Source: Amoebophrya sp. A120 (Eukaryota; Protista; Dinoflagellata). From it: DNA of 64,000 bases. Under the pieces are notes generated by a model. The model did not search any database and was not told the origin of the DNA. It saw only the letters and a list, made by a program, of their open reading frames with translations. The first letter of the stretch is position 1. Each line of letters begins with the position of its first letter. The translations under genes and the position numbers were made by a program. Location: positions 750,398-814,397 of the forward strand of contig CAJINV010000006.1 in the NCBI GenBank assembly GCA_905178155.1, given 5' to 3'. This document shows, piece by piece, positions 24,401 to 35,500 of the stretch.

Positions 24401-27400
24401 AAAAGCTTCCGCTCTGATGCTATGGAAGTTGCACGCGCTTCTTGTTTTGGCCTTGGTATTAGAATCAGGCATTTGTAGCATCAAAATAAAGGCATGAGTA
24501 TTTCCAAAATCCTGAGGGAGCTCCGTCGGGTTTGGCAAAAGTACTCATAGCCTCAAAAATTCACGCTTTTTGCCTCTGCGGAGGAGCCCAAAAAAGGAAA
24601 CTTTCATTAAAAAAGCAACTTTTCTTGTGAAACAAAGCAGCTTATTTTTTCTTCTCCGCATGAATTTAAATCATTATCGTACTCATTTACCCAAAAGGCG
24701 TACTCATTTGCCCAGAAAGCGTGCTTCGTTTTGCAGTTGCCACAGTAGACCACTGACACGCGACTCGGTTTCAAACCATCAAACAGGCCAGGCCCATCCG
24801 TTACCGCGATTCCAGGATGAAATCCTCCAGAATGGCTCTGCTTTTCATACACAGAAGTTCCCTCAGCTTTTTTTTCCGCCCTATGTATGAGGAAAAATTG
24901 AGGTGTGTACTTTAACTTTTCTAATTTGATAACCTGCTCCAGGACAATGTCAAGGCCGAGGTGTCTGTACTGCCACACAAGCTCACACACGCGCCGAACG
25001 CGAATCATATGGAGATCTCAGGGTGGACGTTGTTTTCAAGAAAACAGAGGAGCAGATCTGTATATGTGTACTTATAACAACATGGGCATGTTCCCCCTCG
25101 ACCTGCTTTCCCCTGCCGTCCGGCGTCGCGCTGGTTTCTCCTGTCATGCTTCTGGCTGAACCTAGTGTTCCCAATTCTGTTCTTTGTGATTGGATTTTTC
25201 TTTGTGATGGTGGAAGTAAGTGTTGCTCTGCCGCGTGTGCTCCAGTTGTTTCTTGCAGCAAGACCTGAGACCTGACGCTGGCATAGAGACCACGGGGCTC
25301 CCACCAATTCGCCAACTACTACTGTTGCTGGACTTGGGCGTCCACTGCCGGGTGCTAACAACGAAAAAAAACATGCAGAGGCGATCAACACAGACCTGGG
25401 AAAAAACACAATCGGCGATCAACACCGACGATTTGACCAAGTACGTCGACGATCACCTCTTCTCCAAGAAACCTAAACCGCCCCTGACAGACAGTGAGAA
25501 ACTGCTGAAGCAGCAGATCAGCGCCGAATTTCCCGTGCATGTAACAAATCGCCACATGACGTGGGAACACTCACTCGTCGTCTACAGGACTTTTCACGTA
25601 TCACATTGGATAGACTGGTGGCCGGGGTCCTCATGATAGAAAAAGATCCTTTCTGTCATGCAGAAGTTCTCATGAAATTATAACGGAAAACAGAAAATAG
25701 TTGCAGTGCTCTGTTTATTTGCATACGTCAACAAGTCCAATTGCTACCTGGATGCGCATAGAGAACAAAGCCCACGCGTGGGCACAGGGTCCCCACGCAG
25801 GCGTGGGGTCTTTATTATATTGTGCTGTAGTCACCGGTCGAGGTCACCGGTGGTTTGATGTCATCCGACAAGGCACCGGTCAGGGGCACCTGTCAAGGTC
25901 ACCTGTTAAGGTCACCTGTCAAGGACACCTGTCAAGGGCCCCTGGCAAGGTCGCCTGTCAAGGTCGCCTGTCAAGGTCGCCTGCCGCCGGGGGTATGCGG
26001 TACCAGAGCCCGGAAGTCAGGCAATGGAAGCATTAATCTGATCGCAACCAACACCAAGTCACTTTGCTGTGTCGTCACAAGACAGAGTTTTTCGCTCAAG
26101 GGTTCTCCCGGTACTCGCATTTTCTTTTTTGATACTGCGCCCACCAGCATGACAACCCAGGTTTCCTGATTAACCCTAGGGACCCAGCTTATCTTACAAA
26201 AAAGTACACGGATAGTTGGACCAGAGGTGAAAATCACAATTGGTGTAGTTGCTTCCCTTATAATTCGTGTTACACATAATACCATCCCTTATTCATCGTT
26301 TCAAGAATAATATCTCTTGTGTACCTGGCAATAAACTATTGCGGAGACCGCAACAAGACCAAGAGAGACGATCTTCTGTCATGCAGGGTAGAGCAGTTTG
26401 TTGTAAATGTAATGCGTTGCAGCGGCTAGGGATAGGGTTACGGTTAAAGAGGTAGTAAAAGAAGTGTGTCAACATGCTGAACAGCCAATCGGCTTTGCGA
26501 CAGCAAAACAGCTACCGAAATTTCATTTTTTCTCTGGTATAATGGCTGTAGTTTTTTGTTTTCCCGCGGATACAGAAGCTGTGCGGCGTGGAGAAAACAG
26601 TAAGGAAAATGTAGAGGCCGGTCGACAGGCGCTACTGAGTCTGGTGCATAGCGCTGAGACGAGCGCCAATGAAGACGGGACAAGGAACGGCAAGACTTGG
26701 CTGACGCGGCAAGAGGACGAGATGGAGGTAGGCCGGATCATCCCCCTCAAGATAAGATCACCCCCCTCAAGTTTCCAAGATCACCCCCCTCAAGGGCGTA
26801 GGGTTTAGGTTTCAGGGCTTAGGGTTTAGGGTTTCGGCGGAGTCGTCTGGGCCAGCCGTCGCGACGGCGCCGGCGCAACGGTTGGCCCGGACGATTCCCC
26901 TCTGACCCTTCCTGTTCCGGGCCGCAGGCACGCACCGCGCGCCCCACGCCCTCGCCCCCAACCCCGTGTTTGTCCCGCCCCGCCAGTTTCCCCGTTGGCC
27001 GCGCCTTCGTTTGCCCGCTCACTGTGCCGCCTTTGTTGCCTCGGGGGGCCGGGCGGGGCGCCCCCCGAGGCTGGCTGCCCGCCTGTAGCACATCTTGAGC
27101 CAGGAAGCCTATTGGAGGGCCTTCCAGCAAATACCAACGCCGCCCCGCCCTGCCCGCGGTCTGCCTGCCGCCGGCCCGCTTGCCCTTGTCCGCCCCCCGT
27201 AGCCCGGCTGCCTGGCCCCGGCCTCGCTCGTTGCCCCCTACCTTCCTGCCCCCGGCCCACCCCCTGGCCCCCTCACCCCCCCCTGCATCTTGAGGGGGGT
27301 GATCCTTGGGGGGATGATCCTGCCTATGTCCGGACGAGATGGATGAGAGCGACGATAAGAATTTCCTCATATGGATCGAATTGTGGGCTTCACATCTGAT

Positions 27401-30400
27401 CAACATAAAAGGCATCGAAATGTATTTGCACAACAGCGACATCGTCCCGAAGACGCACCCGTCACAGCACGGCAAGGATAAGTATTGTGAAGAAAGATCA
27501 TCTCCCACTCCCTCCTCGCCATATTCACAACCGAAGTCTGAGCTTGTGTAAGTTGTGTGCACAAGTCAGCTCTGTCGTGCAAGGAGGCATCTCGCGAGGT
27601 CGGTGCCGCGTTGTACAGGCGATTTCGTATGCTGTGGGGCCTACGGAGGACGGCGTCTGCCGTTGCTAAATTGATAGCTACGCCGACACGCCGCTCCTAC
27701 GCCTACTCAGGAACCTGATTGCAGTTCCTCGCTGCATGGCAGATTTGTGGACACAAATTCACCTACAAATTCCGTCTTGAGTATGGGGGTGAGGAAGGTT
27801 TTTTCATTTTGATAATAAGGGGTCGCCGGAGGGGGACCTGCTGATGCTCATAAAGCTCGCGTCCCTGTGGAGCGGGATGGAGGAAGAAACGAAGAAAAAG
27901 CGGGGTCTCGACGAGAGCTGGCGGGACGACATGCCCCTGCGCCAGTACTTCATGTATCTTGTCACTAACACTTTTGACCGCAAGAAATCGAACATGGAGG
28001 AAGATGAGTGGAGTCTGCAATTGCAGCTGAAGAAGAGGTTTGGTAAAGACTGGGTAATGGACTGGTCGTACGCGCTCTACGCCGTCAAGAAACTGTACCA
28101 TCACCGGCAAATTTACGGGAGTGCCAGGTTTGAAATCGACAAAGTGAAAATGGTTTGTGATGCATGAAATCGATGCCAGGGGGCGGAGAAGAGTGAGCTC
28201 GACCGGCTGACGAGGGGGGAAGAAAACCGGGCCGGCCGGATTTCGCCAGCGATGTGGCTGAGTTCTCGTCCGCCCGGCCGCCCGGGTGAGAACTCAACTG
28301 CAAAGAACCTGTGTCAAGTACTTAGTTTGTTAAAGTAAAAATGCTGCTGGGCACCAAAGACGACTTCTTTTGATGTCCTACTCAAGTATTTTCGAAAAAA
28401 TTCTTGTTCTTGATTTCAAACCTGACACTCGTATAAGACGCTTGAGCACGCCACGAAGAAGCCCACCGCGTCCTCCTCGACGTTGGAGACCGCTGGAGCC
28501 TCAAACGCGCTAGAAGAAGTATCCTGAGTGAAAATGTCCCCACCCGAGAGTCAAACTAGTAGCTCCGCAACAGAAATCCAGAAGTTTTGCGAATCACGCA
28601 TGACAAGTTTCATCTCTCTGGTTTTCTTGGTGTAAAAAGTCAGCAACATACAAGGACAGCCGCATCCATCACGGAGCCATCTCTCATTTACCCCGTCATG
28701 CAGCATTACAGATGCCACTGCTAAAAGACGATTGCAAATCCAAATGTCTCTCCTGGGGTTGCGCATTACAGATGCCCCGTTGAAAATATTGGATGCAAAT
28801 CTGCATGACGAATGTCCGGTGGGGACGCTTTCACACAGTATACGCCGGGCCCTCCTCGACGCTGGAGATGACCGCCGGAGGAGTTGCAAAAAACAGTTAC
28901 GAAGCAAGCGGTAGGTGGGAAATCGACAAAACGGAAGGGGTTGTCATGCACATGATCATCATGAAATGCTGCGCACAAGCTGTCTGTATTGCCTGGGATG
29001 TAAGTAACAGTAACTTCTGATGCGAAGGTGGATTTTCTGAACACTTGTGGAGCTGCTCTTTCGTGCATGGGAAATCTCCTTACTTCCCTTTTGTCAAAGA
29101 TTCCACACCACCTGACACTTGCATAGCGTCGCGGTTGCGGGGGGAAGGGAAAACGACGTGAAACCCGGTTCGACGCTGGAAGCAAATGTTCCCACGAATG
29201 AAGAACAGGTATACGTAAGTTTTTTGTCATGCAGATTGGCATGCGGAAGAGGAAGACACGAAAACTGACACTGACAGCGAAAAAAGACCACTTGTCTTGC
29301 GGAATATGCAGGAACACTAGCCTTTGTTGGAAAACTTTCCATTTTGTCTTGCGGAAGAGGCTGAAAAAATTCAAAAAATACAGGAACAAGAGCTGCAGCC
29401 CGCTGGGTCCTCGACTTTGGAGCTCCAGCGGACATATAGAATGCACATATGTCTGGGTCAGGAAGAAAGCGAACTTGTGATCCGTATTTCTCAGCACACA
29501 AAGATCTGCCATGCATGGAAACCACGAACCATTCCTGGCCAACGAAAGAATGGCTTTGTGATGCGCCTTACGTATCAAGAGTCCTTTTCAAGACCTGTGA
29601 CACAGTGTTGATGCTAGGCCGTGCATGCCAGTCCTCCTGGGTCATGCGAAAGCTGCATCACAAATCTTTGCATCCTTCCAGACCTCCCAGACCTATTTGC
29701 ATTTGATAGGACAAGACGATCACCATTCAAAGACTTGAACTTTTTCGGCGCATCACGTGCAGCTGCGAAGAAGAAGCAGCACTCGCCGAGGGCGAGTGCG
29801 AAGAAGCCAGCAGCGACGCCGTCGCCGACACCGACGCCGAAACATCACGCCGTGAAGCCACACACTTCCAATCCGGGCCAAGGTAAAGCCGTCCTGCAGC
29901 GAGTGATAGAAAACCACGCCAACTTTGCCAAAGAAGCGGAGGAAAACGTGGCGCCGTTCGTGAACTACCTCCTCACGGCCGCCGATTTTTACAGGAAGAC
30001 GGCCTTCCCTGCGTCGGACGTCAAAGCGTACTTGGCCGGTTACCCGAATGTCGGTATCAAGTGTAAACATCGATCTGGGTGACGGAAGTTGCAATGCTCG
30101 TCTCGTCTGCATGAGAAAAGGACTACTTGAGCACCCCAGCCAGGCATGAAAAAATTGCAAGGATACAAGATGTTGCTGCACAACGAGCAGAAGAAATCGT
30201 TTTTTTGCATGGTGGACTAAGCAGCGCCGATCCGCTTCATGCATCATAGATGCTGGTCTGATACTCATTGGAACTCTTTCACACAGATTTATTGCATTCT
30301 ACTGAAACTTCTAGATTCACATCGGTCGACGTTGCAATGCATAATGCTACAACAAATCAAGAACAAAGACAAACACGAAGAAGAATTGGATCATTGGGAA

Positions 30401-31024
30401 AACCAGTTGCAGAAATTCCTCCTCCTGTTGGATCTATCAAGGTGAAAAGTGTCCCTCATTCAGAAATGCATCGTATTTGTCTTGCGAGTTGTGAGTTCTC
30501 GCACGGAAAGTTTTTCTCTTGCATAAAGGGAGTGCAGCAGTGCACTTGTGCTTCAGGATCTAGAAGAGCGAGAGTTCTTGTGCAGGGCTGTCATGAAAAA
30601 AATCGTCTCAGCTGCGATAGCAAGAAAACAGCGCAGATGTTCGCAAATGTTCTGGTGCGAAAGTCTGTGGTGCTGCAAGTTGGCAAGTGTTTCCACTGGC
30701 AACTTTTGCTTTGCAGACGCTCTCAGGTTCTTGGTTAAGTAGGTGCACTCCTCCTTTTGATAGGATCTCGCACCCGCCTACCGCAGCTGGGCGAAGACGA
30801 GGAAGGCGAACCCGCCGCTAGATCCGGCTCCCAATCATGAGCGTGTAAAGGACTACTTTGAATTACTGCTCCGGAGGGACCCAACCACCGACGATGAAAA
30901 ATCGCTGCAGGAGCGGGCGAAGATGGGGGAAAACGACCAGTGGAGCTGGGCCGACGTCATTGACGCCGCATACAAGGTCTATGTAAAGATCCACAAGCAC
31001 GGCAAGAAACTGAACCTCGTTTAA
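21401..31024 (+). CDS. Gene 3 (tentative single gene): putative secreted protein heavily fragmented by young and decayed introners, with loosely repeated segments
   Basis: In-frame joins give MIMLLS...VVLLQFFFLLS|PLLQLHRGGILSVQALVPPAGWEQ|NEYSNY...EVIV|FDDKAEQ at the 5' end, QEDEM|DESDDKNF, EEV|YAGPSST and LQRT|RRSPF internally, and KFLLLLD|LAPAY...KKLNLV* (stop 31022-31024). Several middle junctions are unresolved, so this could be more than one gene. Confidence 0.5.
21529..21793. mobile_element. Introner/MITE family A
   Basis: Family A TIRs; TSD CTTTC/ATTTC. Confidence 0.9.
21873..22000. mobile_element. Short introner family D
   Basis: TATCCTGTGCAAAAGTATCGCACT ... GTACGATGCTTTTGCAATTCATA; TSD ACAAA/GCAAA. 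Confidence 0.85.
22112..22430. mobile_element. Degenerate introner family B
   Basis: GTAAAAACGTCC / GGACGTTTTTTTTAC inverted ends; direct repeat GATAGT at 22106-22111 and 22427-22432 gives an in-frame join. Confidence 0.75.
23157..23287. repeat. Foldback (long inverted repeat) element, ~131 bp
   Basis: TGAGCGGGGTA..AAATTAAAAGT.AAGGCTACCGGGTAACCTTTCATC arm with a near-perfect reverse complement ending at 23287. Confidence 0.85.
25869..25984. repeat. 13-bp tandem repeat (CAAGGTCACCTGT), ~9 copies
   Basis: Directly visible. Confidence 0.9.
26724..27331. mobile_element. Mutator-like MITE with 9-bp TSD, GC-rich interior and telomere-like repeats
   Basis: TSD GGACGAGAT at 26715-26723 and 27332-27340; TIR GGAGGTAGGCCGGATCATCCCCC / GGGGGATGATCCTGCCTATGTCC with subterminal GATCACCCCCCTCAAG repeats. 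Confidence 0.82.
26799..26834 (+). repeat. Interstitial degenerate TTTAGGG telomere-like repeats
   Basis: tagggtttaggtttcagggcttagggtttagggttt. Confidence 0.7.
28520..28842. mobile_element. Introner family B
   Basis: TATCCTGAGTGAAAATGTCCCCACC / GGTGGGGACGCTTTCACACAGTATA; no clean external TSD, but an AGTAT repeat overlapping the ends allows an in-frame join. Confidence 0.8.
29435..29708. mobile_element. Introner/MITE family A
   Basis: TSD GGACA/GGACA; frame restored. Confidence 0.9.
30055..30343. mobile_element. Degenerate introner family A
   Basis: TATCAAGTGTAAACATCGATCTGGG ... GTTGCAATGCATA; TSD not recognisable. Confidence 0.6.
30435..30762. mobile_element. Degenerate introner (family B-like)
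   Basis: TATCAAGG...CTTTTGATA; TSD GGATC/GGATC; join opens an ~85-codon terminal exon. Confidence 0.8.
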
Positions 31025-32508
31025 GCCACCGTCGTGATCGGCGACGCTTCGCACCTCTATCACGACACGCATCTCGTCTGCTGCTGTTTACTTTTCCACG
31101 GTTTCACCTGCAAGATGCATCATGTGGTTTACAAGCGACCCTGAACAAAATATCTCAACAAGAACCGGTTTCCTCTTTTTTTTCCGAAAACAAAAATGCG
31201 CAGTTGTTGAATTTGAATAAACGAAAACATCTGTCTGATCATGTTCTCCACGACCCTGTAAAAGAGGTAGATACGACACGGCGGGGAACTACATCGATCA
31301 CAGGGTAGTTCTCAGCCCGCCGGCGGCGTCAGTGGCGCCCGGCGCCACCAAGAGTGTTCTGGATATGATCGCAAACGCACCAATGTTCTGGATTTATCAA
31401 TCGCAAAAGGTGCTCGTCTTCTAGGTCCTTCTGCTCCCGCTAGATCAGAGGCCGAGTTGTCGTAGGTGTGGCGGCATCAACAGGGGGTAAAAGGGTCCTG
31501 TTCATACACAGATCGTCCAAAAAAAAATGCCGCACCTTATTTTGTGCAGCTGCAATTGTCAGCTATAAATAACATGATCGTGTTAGGTATCTTATATGCT
31601 TTTGAAGAATATCAGAGGAGGAGCTATACTGCGATCTTCTTTGTATAGGAATATCAAAAGCACGCTTGCTTACAAAGCAAAAGGAATTGAGTAAAAATCG
31701 GTGTATGATTATATAAACGTAGTTCTAAACCGGATGAAGTGGAAGACACGTGGTCCGTTCAGGAGAAGCAACAAGATGAACTCGGTACCTGCAGCAGGTA
31801 GCTGACTTTCAGTGAAAAAAAATCGGTCGGAACTTACAGCTATCTTCCCTCGGAACAAGTGCACGTCGACAAATCGGCGACAGGTGCAAAAAAAAAGTAT
31901 AAGAGTGTTTGCACTGATCCGCAAACGAGTGGCACTTTTGCATGATCCGCAAACGACATCGGCGATTTGTTGTATCTTTCACGCACACGAACAGAAATCC
32001 ACCCCTAACCGCCTTTGCTTTTCCGAAGAAGCACCATAAACAACCTCCTCTGAAGTCGTTGTATACAGCTACGAAAGAACACTATCATAGCTTTAGTTAT
32101 TCGAGAAGTACGTCAAAGTCAAACAGCTTTCTGGTCTGATACAGTATTGAAATTGAGCACAACTGATAATTGCTAAAATAGAAGTCTTCGATCAGTATAA
32201 AGTACTGGAATAATATATTTGTGTTGCTGGTACTTGCAGTTGTACTTTACTAGGACTCATTCATTCTTCACAGTTGTACGTCGAATTAGGGAGACAAACG
32301 GCACTATCAGAAATCCACATCCACCTTCTATCTGTAAAAATTCAGCTTCGGTAATTATATCCTAAGTCAGGGCATAGTACCACCATCGTGAGAACTGCAG
32401 CTTTGATACTTATCACCTGCTGATCCTACTTCTGGTTCCTAGCCTTCAAAGAATTTCGTTCTGCACAGCATTTGAATTTACGTAAAGTCTCGAGAATAAT
32501 CTATCATC

Positions 32509-35500
32509 ATGTTGCGGCTCACGACCCTGGTTGTCTCCGCGCACTTGGTTGTGTGTCCCTTTCTTGCGACAGCCGTTTCTCTTGCTTCAGGAACAAGCGG
32601 GCAACATAATTCTCCAGCAAACACCACCCCACAAGAACTTCCTGCCGACGTCCCGCAGCCTACGTTTTCCCAGATCCGCCGCGGCAAGCGGACCGTCCAG
32701 AAGTGTGATTGCCAGCTACCGAAACCACCAAACTGGGTGATCTCCCGGGGTTCTGCCGACCACCCGGTGGATTGCGCGAAGCCTTGCTTTTTCGCGTACA
32801 ATACGCGGAAGCAGGGTTGCAAAGACGGTAAAAACTGTGCCCGTTGCCACCTCTGCCCGCCGAAAAGCCGGCCGGCCCTGGAATATCCTGTGCAAAAGTA
32901 TCGCAATCGTACTAATCGCATTCATGCATCACAAATCTTTTCACTAAGGGCAAATCCGCATTACAAATTCCATTTCTGATGCTGAGCAAATTTGTCATGC
33001 GATTTCTACTAGTACCCCGTGCGCCATGTGTGCACGACGCATGGTTGCAAGCGGCGAGCACACCAACATCCTCGCCAGAGGGTCTTCGCAGTGCCGCCTA
33101 CTCCGCTACAATTGACTCTCTGCACCTCGACCGGCCGCGAAACAAGAAGAATCCCTACCGGGTGCGTTTTGCCGAGGACCTGGAGGACGTTGTTCCTGCA
33201 GCCCCTGTGTGTAATAAAGTAGAAAATAATGATCCTAAGTGCCGCGAGTGCAGCCCGTCGTCTTTCCTTCGCGGGACAAGTCCGGATTCGGCGTCGGATT
33301 CTTGCACCACGAAAATGCCTTGCAAAGAGCAGCCTGTTGGTGCTGTTCCTGGTCCTGTTCCATCCCCTTCGTGCCAAACCTGCCCGGCCGGTACCGCGTC
33401 GTCGCCTGCTTCCGACGCTCAGAGCAATTCAACTTCTAGTCCAGCAAAGCCTCGATGGAGCGACATGTGTTGTAATGACTCCGAGGAGGATATGGAGAGA
33501 AAAAAGTGTTTACGGTTGTGTGCACATTGAGTCTTGCACATCAAAATCAACTCGCAGGAGAAACAACCTCTGCCAAGAACGTGCGCAAAATGCTTGCGAG
33601 CCTCGGTTTCGTGTGCTGTGTTTTGCGTTAAGTATGTCTGATCTCTGCATTCTTGTAAGTTTTCTATTTCTCTGTCATGCAAGGCACGACTGTGATGCTG
33701 AATTCACTAAGAATGTTGTCACTGTACTATGCACTTTTTTGGCCGCATAGAGGAGGAGATGGCGCGGGCTGAAATGGGCATCTACGATCCCGCGCTGTGG
33801 TGCAGGCAAGTCAAAGCCGCGGCTTTGTCCGAGGAGATGCAGACAAGTTCTTCTTCTTCTTCTGCGACTGCTGACGATAATAATCGTCCTGCTGCACCAA
33901 CGGCGGACGAGGTGGAGCAAAAGATATCTTCCTCTGCCAGTTCGCCATCATCTTCGGAGCGGTCGCCGCTCGTCCAGAAGGAGATTCGAAAGGAGCAGAA
34001 AAAGCTGTACCAGCAAAAGAACAGGACGATAGACAGGCGGATGCGGCGGCAGCGGTCCAAGTGGTCTAGAAGTGTGTCAGGAGGGGAAGCTAGTGCTTCC
34101 TCTGCTTCGACTCCCGGTCGCAGCAGCTGCGGGAGCGGGGGGGCTTCTTCTTCTTCAGGTAGGAACCGGAGCTCCGGCTTCTTCTTCGACTACGAGGAAC
34201 TAGAAACAGAAAGTCCAGCAGCCTGCAGAGACCACGAACAAGCTTCTGCAGTACGACGACAGCAGGATAATTCGGTTCCTCTCGACGCTAGCAGTTGTTG
34301 TAGCTCTGGCACGGAAGAGACGACCGGTACTTGTTTTACGACCGAGGACTGCGGCAGTTGCGGTACCACGACCGCGTGCTGTTATGGTACTGATGTGGAG
34401 GCAGATGTTGATTCTTCCGACAGCGATCATGAACTCAGCGACGCTGGTGCCACGGACCTTTCCGGCTGCGAATCCCCCTACGATTGGGATAACCCGTCTC
34501 GTGTGGATAGTGCGTGGCTCGCGGGGCAGCGTATCGTGGGGAAAAATCCCTCCTCCCCATATCGAAACGAATATTTGTGATGCTGATTTGTGACCACAAA
34601 TCGACTTGTATTGCTAGAAGGCCAAGAGACGCAGCTGCTCTCTTCTTGTTTGCAGGCAATTTGTCATGCCGTTTCCCGTTTCCAGTTGCTTCCTGCCATG
34701 CTGAAGACGCAAGGCTTTCCCACGCCAGCCAGCACCACAATCCGCATCTCTTCCCTTCTAGCATGACAACGTGATACGTGATTACAAATCATGCTACACA
34801 AATCTCCCTTTGAGTATGGGGAGGGATGATTTTTCCTCTCAATACAGCGCAGGCAAGCGAAACCGCGACGAGAACATATCAAATGTAAAAATGTCTGGGT
34901 CTGGAAGAATGCAACTTGTCATGCTGATTTTGGATCCTAAAAAAATCTGTATTGCATGAGCAGCAAAGAGAGTCCAAGTTTTGCTACACGGAAAGAGCAT
35001 TTGTCATGCGGTGTAGGCATCAGGATGCCCTCGCAAAATCTGTGATGCTAGGGCATGCATCACAGACATCACGAGTCATGCAAAATGTGCATGACAAACC
35101 TGGCAATCTTCCAGACCCAGACATTTTTACATTTGATAGAACTACCTGTCGTGCTAAACTTGCAGCAGGAAGTACCAGGCAATGCTCCTGTTGTAGTTGA
35201 CGGGGCGCATGATCATACGCATTGCAAAAGTATCGCATACGGTGTGGATGAAATTGGATTTTTGCAGGTTTTATTCTCCAAGGGAATATATCGAATTTGT
35301 ATATGTTGTTGCTTTTGTAGTGTAAATGGTTCTTGCATAATTCCTTCTGGACGAGGTGCGATGCGTTTGCACAGGATATGACATGAGCAAGGAAAGCAAG
35401 CTGTTCAACCTTCTCAAGAACTATCAAATGTAAAAATGTCTGGGTCTGGAAGATTGCAACTTGTGACGCTGCATTTGGATTCCAGAAAAATCTGTATTGC

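Noticed and set aside
26799-26834. True chromosome end or telomere fusion
   Set aside because: Only ~5 degenerate units, enclosed within a TIR/TSD-bounded element.
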